Shown piece by piece: positions 1 to 12,569 of a stretch of DNA of 64,000 bases; position 1 is the stretch's first letter; the number at the start of each line of letters is the position of its first letter. Origin of the DNA: Squalus acanthias (taxonomy: Eukaryota); the NCBI GenBank assembly GCA_030390025.1, contig CM059432.1, forward strand, positions 132,248,001 to 132,312,000, given 5' to 3'. The notes under the pieces are model-generated. The model did not search any database. It was not told the origin of the DNA and was given only the letters and a program-made list of their open reading frames with translations. A program made the position numbers and the translations under genes.

Positions 1-345
1 CTTTCCAAATGGTCTGTTATGACATCTTTAATAATTGCTTCCATCATTTTACCCACAACCGATGTCAGGCTGACCGGTCTATAATTCCCTGCTTTCTCCC
101 TCCCTCCTTTTTTAAAAAGAGGGGTTACATTGGCCACCCTCCACTCCATCGGAACTGATCCAGAGTCTAAGGAATGTTGGAAAATGATCGTCAATGCATC
201 CACTATTTCCAAGGCCACCTCCTTAAGTACTCTGGGATGCAGACCATCAGGCCCCGGGGATTTTTCAGCCTTCAGTCCCATCAATTTTCCCAATACCTTT
301 TCCCGACTAATAAGGATTTCCCTCAGCTCCTCCCTCTTACCAGAT
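1..345 (-). mobile_element. CR1-type LINE fragment (RT region)
   Basis: Minus-strand translation WRVANVTPLFKKGGREKAGNYRPVSLTSVVGKMMEAIIKD is typical of CR1 ORF2. Confidence 0.9.
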
Positions 346-352
346 CCTCTGA

Positions 353-505
353 CCCCTTTAAGACGCTCCTTTAAACCTACCTCTTTGACCAAGCTTTTGG
401 TCACCTGTCCTTATGTGGCTCGGTGTCAAATTCTGTCTGGTGATGCTCCTGTGAAGCCCCTTGGGACATTTTACGGAAGGCGCTACATAAATGCAAGATT
501 TTGTT
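353..505 (+). mobile_element. L2-like LINE 3' end
   Basis: tttaagacgctccttaaacctacctctttgaccaagc...ggcgctacataaatgcaag, shared with about 10 other copies in the window. Confidence 0.8.
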
Positions 506-1023
506 GTGGGTTATCATACAGGTCCAGCATCACCACCTTTACAGCGGCGAATTTCAGGGGTGGTAAGTGACAGGAAATGCAGGGAAATCTCTGGGGGCCT
601 TAGGCCACAACCTCCTGCTTCATTTAAATGTGGTGGACGGGCTTCCAGTAGGCAGAACAGGGTCACAGGATGGACATTGCGGGGGATATCTTTAGGGACA
701 GAGTTTCGGCAGAGGGATCTCTCCATCTCATTTAATTTGCCAGACCACCTGAAGACAGCCCAAAAATGGGCATTCTTTATAAGCAAAATCCAGACTATGG
801 TGTCACAGAGATGAGGGATGTAGGTTTGATTTCCCCACTATGCTAAGTTCCTGATTTCAGCTTCTATTCCATAGGTAGAAAAAATCAGAGGCATGGTTGT
901 TGCCAGATTACTGTCGTAGCCTCCCTGTGGCTTGGTGAAGTATAGCAATGGAAGAAATCTGGAAGCTGATAGCCCTCCTGGTCTTTGTTATTTTTGTGAG
1001 CATAACAGTGTTTAAAATGTTTA

Positions 1024-1470
1024 GAGTTCAACAATTTCAGATCATAGCCCCGGCCCCCATCACATATATATGTATATATATTTTTTTTTATCCACCCTTT
1101 TGTTTGGCCTTTTTTTTCTTCCCTCCCAGAAGCTGGCAGTTGTCCTTCATTCTGCCAGCTCATTTCACACTTCATCTAACTTCAACCTGTCACATTAACA
1201 CCTCCTCTTGCCTTGAATATCTCTTAATCTCTCCTGCTTTCTATCCTATCACTGACCTTCCCTTTTGTTCTTTCATCCCCTCCCCTTTTCCCAGCATTAT
1301 ACTTGCTTTAAAATCTATTTCATTTCCTGCTTTTTTCCAGTTCTGACGAAAGGTCTTCAACCTGAAACGTTAACTCTCTTTCTCTCTCCACGGATGCTGC
1401 CTGGCCTGCTGAGTTTTTCCAGCGTTTTCTGTTATTTCGGATTTCCAGCATCCGCAGTATTTTGCTATCG
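1024..1470 (+). mobile_element. Penelope-like element 3' end/pLTR
   Basis: Starts gagttcaacaatttcagatcata (end of the GIY-YIG ORF, EFNNFRS) and matches the reverse complement of 62805-62995; contains a hammerhead core. Confidence 0.85.
1339..1375 (+). ncRNA. Minimal type I hammerhead ribozyme motif (Penelope pLTR)
   Basis: agtt-CTGACGA-a-aggt(cttca)acct-GAAA-cgt-t-aact: stem I agtt/aact, stem II, palindromic ACGT stem III. Confidence 0.7.
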
Positions 1471-3304
1471 TATTAGTGTTTAAAATGCATTAGAGATTGT
1501 GTCACGTTGAAGGATAATGAGGCCTATAGTTGGAGGACTCAACAGTTTCAAACTTATGCAAAAAACATTGAGATATCACTGAAGCGTATTAGTGTAAGAG
1601 AACGAGAAGTATTAACCCCCACTTCCAACTTAGCTTCAATAGCGTATGTTTGGTACTGCTCCAAATGGAACAGTCTCAATCTAACTTTGTGAAAATCTGC
1701 CCCTAAAAATTGCCTTGAGTGGTGCTTTAGACATGTGCTTTAAGGTAATTATGGTAAGTTTTGGATTACTGCCAATGCTAATAACTCAAGTGGTAAGAGT
1801 GTCTCACACGGGACAACGGAAGCCATTCAATGTCATGTCAAAGGATGACACACCAGCAGATAGAGCATTTGTTGTAGTAAAAGCTTGCTGAGGCAGCCGA
1901 TACTGCGACGGACTCTTCAACATGGGTCTTTGGAGCAGGGTCTTCCTGGCTGTTTCAAGTACTGGTGAAAGCTGACAATTTTCTGATGTGCTGATCCTGA
2001 TTCTTAAAATAAAACGTTTTGTTCTGTCTGTCAGTTTTGATCTCTGTAACGTTCAGGATATACTGGAAGTGCAGCACTGGGCTCCCCTGCTGACTTCACC
2101 GTAAAATTCACCTTTGGCGGGTGTGCAACAGAAAGGAAAATTGGGCAGGGTGTCTAACGGGCGGCTGATCCGCTATCGCCCATTTTGCACCCCTGCCAAA
2201 GTTTCATTTCATCTCCCTTCCACCTCATGTTTGTTTGGGGCATCAGATGAGGAGGGTATCGGGCTTTCTTGTGATAGTTCCCCCAATGACAGTGCTTGCC
2301 AACATTCACTGCCTTGGCTGACATGTCAAAAGTGGCCAGTTGGATGAGGTAACAGAGGCTGGTCACCCTTGTGGATCCATACTCCCGGCTGAGCCTGTTG
2401 TCTGACCACAAGAGAAGATGTTGGCGGGGCAGCGGGGTGGGGTGGGGGGTGGGGAGGTGAATTGGAGGCGTGGGGAAAATTCAATAAAGCAAAAAACACG
2501 TCAGATGTATGATTGCTTTAACAAGCCAGTACAAAAATGGCCAATTAAAACAAAAAGCAAGGGAAGCTCAGGCACACAGCCATCATTTGGAAAGCAACCC
2601 TGTGGTGGCTAATCCTGTCACCTGACTTTCAGCTACCATTACCAGTTACTGTGCAATGCCTGATCAAGCATCCAGCTAACAATCACCTTTCTAGGCAGCA
2701 AGCCATTTTCCTTCTATTTCCTGAAGGTTCTAACCTATTTTTTCTTCACTATCAGATTTTGCTGGATTGTGTCAGTACTGTTAGATGTGCTTCCAGAACC
2801 TTCAAAGTCACGGTTCTGGCACCGTAATAATTAACTGAAAAGTTGAATTACGCATTGCCGAACATCAGGGTAGAAAACTGCCAAGTCATTGAACTAGGTA
2901 TGATGTATCTAACCAATAGCTGTATTTCGGTCATAATTCACAAGATGGCTCTCAAGATTCAGTTTAAGTTTGCTTGAAAGCCTACTAACTGGAGTAGTAA
3001 AGACGTTTTTCAATAAACAAGTATGAATGTATATATGTGAATATGTAAGGACTGATTTTACAAATTGGTGCTGCAGGAGGGGAGCCTCCCCGCTGGAAGT
3101 GCTTATCAGGAAACTATGGGCAGCGCACCTCCAATTGCCTGATATGTGCGGCCAGGCTCCCCATCGACAGCACAAACTGATAAAGAAGCACAACACAGGA
3201 AAGTGTATGGACCATGGATCACAAATAATTACCATTATCTAACACTTTAATTGCAGTCCAGCTCTATCATCCTCCATAATTAACCTCCATAAGCCACCAT
3301 CACC

Positions 3305-3465
3305 CAGGCAGTACTGAGGGAGTAGTGCATTGTCGGAGATGCTATCTTTCCGATGAAACATTAAACCATGGTCCCGTCTACCTATTCAGACGTAGAAGGC
3401 CCCACGGCACTATTCAAAAAAGAGCAGAGCATTTTCCATGTGTCCTGGCCAATATTCACCCCGCA
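3305..3465 (+). mobile_element. Decayed DeuSINE-like (SacSINE1-like) fragment, resuming at about 4145-4215 after an inserted element
   Basis: Similar to the core of the 46640-47105 copy. Confidence 0.65.
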
Positions 3466-3489
3466 ACCAACGCCTGCCCACAAAGTGTT

Positions 3490-4061
3490 TGGGGGTAGAA
3501 ATTGGTATGCTTTTCGCTGATTTTTCGGGTGTAAAACGGGCACAGCAATGACAAATTTAGCAGTGGGACGGCCCATGCCCAATCTGTGCATGTGTTCAGG
3601 CCATTGCTAAATTCATTGGGGCCATTTTTCGGGCGTCTGCCTAAAACAGGCGTTAGGCCCCCTTACATATCTAAATGACAGGCCTAGCGGCTGTCTTAGG
3701 TCTTCTTGCCGAAATTGGTTGGTGATGGATGGAGCAGGAGCAGGATCAGTGCCTGCTCTGCTTGGGATTCTTCAGTGGCTCCTGCGGCTGCCAGTGAACA
3801 GTATGTTTTTTTTAAAACTCAGAAATCATTGTGGTGGAGCCAGGAGGAGCAGGATTGCTCCCCCGACTTCACAGTCCTCACAATCACCCCACCTCTATTG
3901 TGGCTTCAACCCCTTCCTGGGACTGCCCTGAGGGCTGCAGCCGGTGAGGTAAGTGGCCCGATATACTCCTCACTAAAATGCGCAAGCTGCCCGTGGACTC
4001 ACGACAGGCGCCGGTAGCTCAACACAAATAATGTTAGAGGCCCAAGGACCAATTTCAGGCC
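3490..4061. mobile_element. Non-autonomous DNA transposon/MITE (Harbinger-like termini)
   Basis: Starts gggggtagaaattgg and ends ccaatttcaggcc; interrupts a SINE. Confidence 0.55.
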
Positions 4062-4220
4062 GGCCTTGTGCTTCCCAATGGTTATGGACCCGAAATCAAG
4101 CCATTACCAACACCCCATTATCTAACCATTCATTTCATTTTCTCTACTTGTGGGATCTTGCCGTGCATAAATTGGCTCCTGCATTTGCCTACAAAGCAAC
4201 TGTGACCACACTTCCAAATT

Positions 4221-4908
4221 AGTATACTAAATTGAAGAAGTACAATTAAATTGCTGTTTCACCTGGAAGGAGTGTTTGGGGCCCTGGATGGTGGGAAGGG
4301 AGGAGGTAAAAGGACAGGTGTTGCATCTCCTGTGCTTCCACGAGAAGGTGCCGTGGGACGGGGAGGGGATGTTGGGGTAATTGAAGAGTGGGCCAGGGTG
4401 CCGTGGAGGGAACGGTCATCTGTAGTAGTATACTGTGTTCGCTACTCACGATGTGTTGTCCTCTACATTGGGGAGATTGGGTGATCGCTTTGCTGAACAC
4501 CTTCAGTCTGCAAGCATGACCCTGAGCTCCCGGTCACTTGTTATTTTAATTCTCCGTCCCACTCCCACTTTGACCTCTCTGTCCTCGGCCCCCTACAATG
4601 TTCTAATGAAGCTCAACGGAAACTTGAGGAACAGCACCTCATCTTTTGATTAGGCACTTTACGCCTTTCGGACTCAACATTGAGTTCAAAAATTTCAGAT
4701 CATAACCACTGCTCCATTTTTTCGGACAACAGATGCTGGTAATGGTTCTGCTGTTTATTTAATCTCTCCTGCCTTCCACCCTATCACAGACCTTCCCTTT
4801 TGTTCTTTCCTCCCCTCCCCCCCCTTTCCCTGCCCCAGCACTTGCTTAAAACCTGTTACATCGCTAACTTTTGCCAGTTCTGATGAAGGGTCATCGACCT
4901 GAAACATT
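4221..4908 (+). mobile_element. Penelope-like element with 5' inversion (4221-4420 antisense, 4427-4908 sense); pLTR continues at 5673-5778
   Basis: Both parts match the GIY-YIG region of 62973-63869, in opposite orientations; hammerhead core at 4876-4905. Confidence 0.85.
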
Positions 4909-5672
4909 GGCCCAGAAATTGGACTTCGATGGTTGCCGCGGGGGTAAGGATCCCCCGCGATATCGCACTCCGCGCCTGCCTTTATGGTTTTGGCCCACAC
5001 GAACTTCAGTTCCTGGGCCTCTCCCTGGTGCCGGCGCGCAGTGTGTGCATGTCCCAGAGGCGCAGTTAGCTCGATGCGACCTCTGGGATCACGTGGGCCA
5101 GTTAGAGCCAATGGCAGCACACCATCTTTCATTCATAGTTTTGACAGGAAGAGCTGTCAAAGCTATGAATACAACTTGCCCCCAAAAGAACAGCTAAACC
5201 TCAATTAAATTTAAAAAAAACCATCACATTAATAAAATAACTATAGTTAAATAAATTAACCACTTTAAACAAAAATTTAAATTTTTGAAAAAATTTAAAT
5301 TCTTTTTAAAAGTTATAAAAATAAACTTACCTTTCTTTAAAGTCTCTAAAAAAGATAAACCTGTTGAAATTTTTTTGATATAGTACTTAATTAACTACTT
5401 ACCTTGTTAAAAGGGGGTCTTACGCCTCCTTTCTTCATGTGTAAAATCTTCAACACTTACCTTCGCGTTCAAACCTGAAAAAAAAACTAAGTGTGCTGCG
5501 TGCGCACAGCCTGTAGTGCGCACGCGGTTCACTTAGGAACCGCCCCCTTCGCAATATCGGAAGTGCCGGTTTCCCGCGCATGCGCAGTGCATGCAGGAAA
5601 CCGGCACTTCGGGACCGAATATGAGTGAGTACACAGTGCGTACTTTCCCGTATTCGGACGAATTTCTGGGCC
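4909..5672. mobile_element. MITE with perfect 12-bp TIRs and 3-bp TSD (PIF/Harbinger-like)
   Basis: TIR ggcccagaaatt / aatttctgggcc; TSD att at 4906-4908 and 5673-5675; splits a Penelope pLTR. Confidence 0.85.
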
Positions 5673-5849
5673 ATTAGCTCTGTTTCTCTCTCCACAGATG
5701 CTGCCTGACCTGCTGAGTAGTTCCAGCATTTTCTGTTTATATTTCAGATTTCCAGCATCCGCAGTATTTTGCTTCTGTATGGCACACAATATATTGGCAT
5801 CCGATCTCTGCTGTGGCTCATTCAAGGCCTCGTGAGCTGCTCGTGGTCG

Positions 5850-6345
5850 ATGACCTCTAGGAGCTTGGGCCTGAGAGGGCCCAGCTGTAGAGTGCAGTCT
5901 AGCCCAGCTGGCACCAGGGCGGCATTGTTTCAGGGCTTGACGAGGGTCCAGACGTATTGTCATCATGAGCGATAGCATCAGGTTCCATTCCCATTGCACA
6001 ACCCCTCCTGCTACTGGACTGTGGCAGCTGGCAGGACATCTGTGATTTGATTGAATCCCCTATCCGTTTGGTCTCCAGGCTTGTCCAAGGCGGAGGAGCC
6101 CAGAGCCTGTATGGTCCCAGTATGAATGTCCCTGAGAGATGCTATTACTGGTGACACCGACTCCTACAGGGCTGGCTCGTCTGTAGTGTCCTTATGTATG
6201 ATCGTATCCTCCATGGTTGACTGCAGAGTCTCAATGTCATGTGTGAGAACGCCATACAGGTTGGCAGTGGACTCCTCCACACTCTTTGACATGTTGCAGT
6301 ATCTCCCTGGCAGGCAGTCCAACACCAGCACCAGCACAGAAATCA
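5850..6345 (-). pseudogene. Probable decayed C-terminal exon of a Harbinger Myb/SANT-partner ORF
   Basis: LDCLPGRYCNMSKSVEESTANL resembles, from recall, the coiled region of shark Harbinger accessory proteins; contains stops. Confidence 0.4.
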
Positions 6346-6349
6346 ATCA

Positions 6350-6585
6350 CTCTTTCACACAAAGGACAGTGGAAATCTGGAACTCGCTCGCCCAAAAGGC
6401 TGTGGATGCTGGGTCAATTGGAATTTTCAAGACTGAGATCGATAGATTTTTGTGAGGTAAGGGTATCAAGGGACAGGGAGCAAAGGCGGGTAAATGCAGT
6501 TGAGCTGCAGATCAGCCATGATCTAATTGAATGGATGAACAGGCTTGAGGGGCTGAATGGCCTCCTCCTGTTCCTATATTCCTTT
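6350..6585 (+). mobile_element. CR1 LINE 3' end
   Basis: FTQRTVEIWNSL...FKTEIDRFL plus tail gggctgaatggcctcctcctgttcct. Confidence 0.85.
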
Positions 6586-6608
6586 GTCTCTATCTTTCTT
6601 TTGAAGTC

Positions 6609-7030
6609 ATGATGTGGAGATGTCAGTGTTGGACTGGGGTGGACAAATGTGAGAAGTCGCACAACACCAGGTTATAGTCCAACAGCTTTATTTGAAATCA
6701 CAAGCTTTCGGAGCGCTGCTCCTTCGTCAGGTGAAGTGAAGAGATGCATATAGGCACAACATATATAGTCAGAGAACACTGCCAGATGATTACAGTTAAT
6801 CTTTCTAACTGCCCTTTATCACACCTCGGACACCATTCACACCTTTGATTGCCGTGATTATCTCTCTGCCGAGGTGTGATACTACTAGTGTAAACATACC
6901 CAACGTTCATACCCTCAGAGTTCACTCTACTCGGTTTATGCTGCGGGTTCGGACGTTCCTCTTTGTCCATCGTGGATCGCCTGTTACTGATGCAAGAGAA
7001 CTTTTTTTTCTAAGAGAAACCACTTGTTCA
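6609..7030 (-). mobile_element. Penelope-like element, second family (pLTR and adjacent sequence)
   Basis: Hammerhead motif on the minus strand; same terminus as the 15452-15528 insertion; right boundary approximate. Confidence 0.65.
6698..6734 (-). ncRNA. Minimal hammerhead ribozyme motif (second family)
   Basis: tcac-CTGACGA-a-ggagc(agc)gctcc-GAAA-gct-t-gtga. Confidence 0.75.
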
Positions 7031-7653
7031 GTTTTCTCCAGTTTTCTTGTGGGCCAGTTTATTTGCTCCCCATGCAGTTTTTCCTCAAGGGCCCTTGTGC
7101 TGTGATGCTCATGGACCATTCACTCTGCTCGGTCCCGATTTCAACTGGAGGCCAGTTTTCAGCTGGCGAGCTTTGGTCAGTTCAAACCTCACCTGCTGCA
7201 GCCAAAAAAAAGAGGCTCGGGGTACTTTGACCCCCCCAGTCCTCATTGAAATGCCACCGGCCGACTCCCCACCCGTTTGGAGCGAGAGGTTGGTGGGAGG
7301 CAGTGGGATATTCACGCAGCCCAGAGGAGCCCGTTGGCTCTGGGCGGGTGTCCTTGCCGCCAGCTCAGTGGAGCAGGTTAAAATAGCAGCAGGCCAGCTC
7401 CCGGCAGTTCCAAGGCGGGGAATTGACCGTGGAGATTTTAACTACCCACCTGCTTGCTTTCATTCTGGGGGCATCTATTTTGTTGCAGATTCCATTTTGA
7501 AAAAGAATATCTGTTTCCACTGCAACAAACTGCTGTGTAATGCAATGGGCAGCATTATCTTTCCCCCCACCAGGACCACATAGTGGCAAACAGGGCTGTT
7601 ACACTGCTGGAATTCATGTTGATATGTACCCAGCAGGGTAGAAACAATAGGCT

Positions 7654-7945
7654 CAACAACAACAACAACAACAACAACAACTTGCAGTTATATAGCGCCT
7701 TTAACGTAATAAAATGTCCCAGGGCGCTTCACAGGAGCGTTATCAAACAAAATTTGACACTGAGCCACATAAGGAGATATTAGGACAGCAAGAGGTAGGT
7801 TTTCAGGAGCGCCTTAAAAGAGGAGAGAGAGGTAGAGAGGTTTAGAGAGGGAATTAGCTTTGGGCCTAGGTAGCTGAAGGCAGGGCCGCCAATGGTGGAG
7901 CGATTAAAATTGCGCAAAAGGCCAGAATTGGAGGAGTGCTGCGAT
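7654..7945 (-). mobile_element. L2-like LINE 3' end with (ttg)n tail
   Basis: (caa)n followed by the reverse-complement L2 tail. Confidence 0.8.
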
Positions 7946-7954
7946 CATCCGAAA

Positions 7955-9410
7955 ACACCGCGTCAGTTTCCACATGTACATTGATGACACCCAGCTCTAC
8001 CTCACCGTCACCTCTCTTGACCCCTCTATTGTCTCTAAATTGTCAGACTGCTTGTCCGACATCTAGTACTGAGTGAGCAGAAATTTCCTCCTCAGTTGGT
8101 AGCACCCTCGCCTCTGAGTCAAGAGGTTGTGGGTTCAAGTCCGACTCCAGAGACTTGAACATAAAAATCTAGTCTGACACTCCAGTGCAGTGCTGAGGGA
8201 GAGCTGCACTGTTGGAGGTGCCGTCTTTCAGATGAGACGTTAAACCGAGGCCTTGTCTGCTCTCTCAAATGGACATAAAAGATCCCATGGCACTATATCG
8301 AAGATGAGCGGGGGGCGTTATCCCCGGTGTCCTAGGCCAATATTTATCCTTCAATCAATATCACTAAAACAGATTATCTGGTCATTATCACATTGCTGTT
8401 TGTGGGAGCTTGCTGTGCGCAAATTAGCTGCCGTGTTTCCTACATTACAACAGTGATTACACTTCAGAAAATACTTCATTGGCTGTAAAGCACTTTGGGA
8501 CATCTGGTGGTCGTGAAAGGTACTATATAAATGCAAGTCTTTCTTTTTCTTTAAATATTGGGAAAACCAAAGCCATTGTTTTCGGTACCCGCCACAAACA
8601 CCGTTCCCAAACCAACAACTCCATCCCTCTCCCTGGCAAACTGTCTGAGGCTGAACCAGACTGTTCACAACTTGGTGTCATATTGACCGCGAGATGAGCA
8701 TCCGACCACATATCCCTGCCATCACTAACTCCGCCTATTTCCACCTTCGTAACATCACCTGACTTCGCCCCTGCCTCAGTTCATCTGCTGAAACCCTCAT
8801 TCATGCCTTTATTAACTTTAGACTTGACTATTCCAATGCACTCCTGGCTGGCCTCCCACATTCTACCCTCCGTAATCTTGAGGTCATCCAAAACTCTGTT
8901 GCCCGTGTCCGAACTCGCACCAAGTCTCGTTCGCCCATCACTCCTGTGCTCACTACCTACTTTGGCTCCCGGTTAAGCAACACCTCGATCTTAAAATTCT
9001 CATCTTTTTTTTCAAATCCCTCCATGGCCTTGCCCCTCCCTATCTCTGTAATTTCCTTCAACCCCACAACCCCCCCCCCCCCCCCCCCCCCGAGATATCT
9101 GCGCTCCTCTAATTTTGCCCTCTTGAGCATCCCTGATTATAATCGCTCCACCATTGGTGGACGTGCCTTCTGTTGCCTCGGCCCTAAGCTCTGGAATTCC
9201 CTGCCTAAACCTCTCCGCCTCGCTACCTCTCTTTCCTCCTTTAAGACGCTCCTTAAAACCTACCTTTTTGAGTAAGCTTTTGGTCAGCTGTCCTAATATC
9301 TCCTTATGTGGCTCGGTGTCAAATTTTGTTTGATAATGCTCCTGTGAAGCGCCCTAGGGACGTTTGACTACGTTAAAGGTGCTATATAAATACAAGTTGT
9401 TGTTGTTGTT
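7955..9410 (+). mobile_element. L2-like LINE 3' portion interrupted by a SINE
   Basis: YIDDTQLY RT motif near 7976; ETLIHAFI..RLDYSNALLAGLP; (ttg)n tail. Confidence 0.85.
8091..8551 (+). mobile_element. tRNA-derived DeuSINE (SacSINE1-like)
   Basis: A-box ctcagttggtag, B-box gggttcaagtcc, core gtgccgtctttcagatgagacgttaaaccgagg, L2-like tail plus (cttt)n. Confidence 0.85.
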
Positions 9411-11125
9411 GTAGGGCTGGAGGAGGTTACAGAGATAGGGAGGGGTGAGGCCATGGAGGGGTTTGAAGATAAGGATGAGAATTTTAAAATTGAGGCTCTG
9501 ACCTACATTAGATCGGGATCCAATGTAGGTCAGCGAGCACATAGGCTCATCGTAATATATAGTACATACTGAGTGAAAGGCAACTGTTGACACACAGCTT
9601 GCACTATGGCTGGTCTGCACCCAGTGTCAAACTCTGCTGTGTCTGCTTTCTATAAACTGGGTGAGTTACACACAGATGAGGGGCTATTTGGCACTGGGAC
9701 AAGCTGTATTAATGCACTGATCACTAATATTTGGGATGTTGCCGTGATGTGTTAGTGACCTGAGGAGTGTTATGTGAGATGAGGATAGGCTATTTTGGTG
9801 AGGAACCCAGGATTCGAGACCAGGGCAGGCTCGAGCGGTGATAGAGGAGCCAGTATCTGTTTGTTTAGTATGTCAAGTGGGCATAGCAGTCATGCAATTA
9901 GGATATGACTCCTGTACAAATGGTGTCGGTCTCCATCTGCATGTTATGTACACACTAGGGTTACCTTTTAGTGTGTGTGTGTGCCGTGTATGCAGGAACT
10001 CAAAACAGACACGCATTTGTATTTAACCAAGCAGGGAGTCACTGTAATGTCATTCATGATGTCTTAGTTCCATTCAGGGTATTCTTCGTTTGTGAACTGT
10101 TTGCAAACAAAGTGTCTTATATTGAACAGATTTATCGTAGAAAGCCACTATATCGCTTTCTTTCTCAGCTTACGTCTTGTGACCTTGGGTCTGGCTCTGT
10201 ACAAAGTATCTGTTTGTTAACTGTGGCCTACCCAGGCTGGAGACTATTGTATGCGCATGTACGGCATTGAAACATCTTGGCACAGAACTCAGACGGACTC
10301 CGTGGCGAGGACAAAAACAAGCCTGTACTTCTCGGAGTTCTGCTTCTTTCAGTGCGACTGCGGTGGTCAGCAACGATAAGTCATCCTCTGTGTTGGTTGC
10401 GCTCATTGTTCTGCATTGATGGACTAAGGAAGGCCATTGTTATTGCTGGCTGTTGTCTGTAAGTCTGCGGTTGGCAGAGGTGCAAGTTGATCTCACGGTG
10501 AAAAACAAACTGCTCCACTTCACAGATCAGTTCAAAATAATGAACTCCCTCTAAAAATTGCAAAACGAAAGGAAGTTTGCTCAATTTTTTTTTTAAAGAA
10601 AAAGAGGCTGAGGGGGGCCGGGGGTGGGGAGGGGAAGGGGGTGGGAGTGGGGGTGGTAGATTTTCAATTTGCTGCTGGGCATAAAACTAGAATTATTGAT
10701 CTACCGCCCGCTGTAGAAACTGCCCGATTTTCATTCTGAAATCAGTGTGTATAACCGGCAGCTAATCTGCAACATCAGTCAGCAAATCTACCCCATAGTG
10801 TTAGTTTTGCTCGTCTGCATCTATCAAAATCGTGGCTTTATAATCTTAAGACATTAACTGCATACTATTATGAAAACATATCTCTGTCTGTTGGTTTGCC
10901 GAATAAAGGACTCAAATAAATATTGCAACAACATTAGAATAGTTCTATTTGTAAGCACTGTTATTTTAATTTAGCGCCGCGGGACCAGTATTTAAAGCAT
11001 TACTTGATGTGATAAATGGGTTGGTAAAATAGTCAGAAAAACAACTTGCGCTCAATGTAGCATTGAAAACCAAGGCATTTCACAAGGGGGAGAGCAGATA
11101 CTGAGCAGAGCTTGGGAGAAGAGTT

Positions 11126-11229
11126 AGGGGAGGTGACAGGAGGTGGGCTCAAAGAAGTAGGCTTTTAGGAGCTGTAAAGGGGAGGTGACAGGAGGTGGGC
11201 TCAAAGAAGTAGGCTTTTAGGAGCTGTAA
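11126..11229. repeat. Perfect 52-bp tandem duplication within an old L2-like fragment
   Basis: aggggaggtgacaggaggtgggctcaaagaagtaggcttttaggagctgtaa present twice. Confidence 0.9.
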
Positions 11230-11399
11230 AAATTTGGGACGAAACAAAGATGCTCAAGAAGGATTTGGGAAGAGAATGCTGAAGTACAGCTAAGTCTGTC
11301 TTTCTCTTTTTGTCACATCAGCAACTGTTCCCAATAGATAAACGCGCTGTTGCTAAAGTGCATCTCGAAACTGTCAGCTTTAGCTGAAGGAAGGTGGTA

Positions 11400-11800
11400 T
11401 GTAAAGAAGACCAGAGTCAAAGATTGAACACAGGGCTGGAGAAAGTTGCCGAGTAGGGTGAGGTGAGGCCACGGAAAACTTATAAAGGAGAACAAGGAGA
11501 ACAAGGATTTTGAAATCAATGTGAGTGGGACAGGAAGCTAGTGCAGTCGGAAAGGAAAGAACAGTATTTAGTACAGGATAGGATGCAGGGAGTAGAGTTC
11601 TGAGTGAGTTGAAATTAATGTAGGATGGAGTTTGGGAGGATAGCAAGTAAGGTATCGGAGGTGTTAAGGCCTACTGGTGACCAAGACGTGGATGAGGGTT
11701 TTAGCAGCAATGGTGGTAATGGAAGGATGGAAGCAGGCAATATTATGAAGTTGGAAATAGGAGGTTATGGTGACGGACTGGATGTGGGTTTGAAGTTCAG
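11400..11800 (-). mobile_element. Old diverged L2-like fragment
   Basis: Minus translation DFKILVLL / LQTHIQSVT...FQLHNIA...KTLIHVLVTSR. Confidence 0.65.
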
Positions 11801-12569
11801 CTGCTTGTGCACCATGGGGCTCAGCCTGTGTGAGCAGCTGGGAAATGGAATCGGGGACTAACAGTAGCAGAACCAATGGGGGATCAGGGAAGCCATGGCC
11901 TCCCCAATCACGTTGACACTGGCCAACGCGGCTTTGGAGGACCGCCTCCATTTCACTCCCAGGAACCTCTGTTACCCGCCGATGGCCTTCAATTTCGGCC
12001 TGAAAGTTTGTGCGGTTCCAGGCTCGATCTTCAGACTTAGGAATGTTGATGTTACCCAGTTCCCAGCTCGGTCCCCTGCCTTGTCAAGTCAGCCGAATCT
12101 CGAGTTGGCTCAGCGCCCCCCGCCCCCCACCCCCCCCAGTCTGCTAAACCTAGCTCTGCCACTGAGGACTAAGGTACAGAGTTTGTTGCTTCAGTCATTC
12201 CAATGTTTCGTTTGAGAAAGTTCCATAACTCCACCACAGCCAGATACTACTCTGACAATTGTGAAGTCGAGGGTTGTGGTGGAGAGATGAAGCTGACTGT
12301 TGTCAGTAAGTTGACTTCACGCTTATGGATAATGTCACTAAGAAGCAGCCTCTAGGTGAGGATAGGATGGAGTCAAGGATAAAACTTCGGGGCATGCCAG
12401 ATGTGACTGTGTGGGCACTGGAGCAGAAGCCATTGGAGGAAAATGTGCTGGCTATGTTGGGACAGGTAGGAGTGGAAAGATGGAAGAGCTGCTCCACAGA
12501 GGTGGATCTCAGAGGAGTGACAGCGGAGGGCATGCAGGGCTAGCGCACCATGGTTACAGCTGCACAGGA

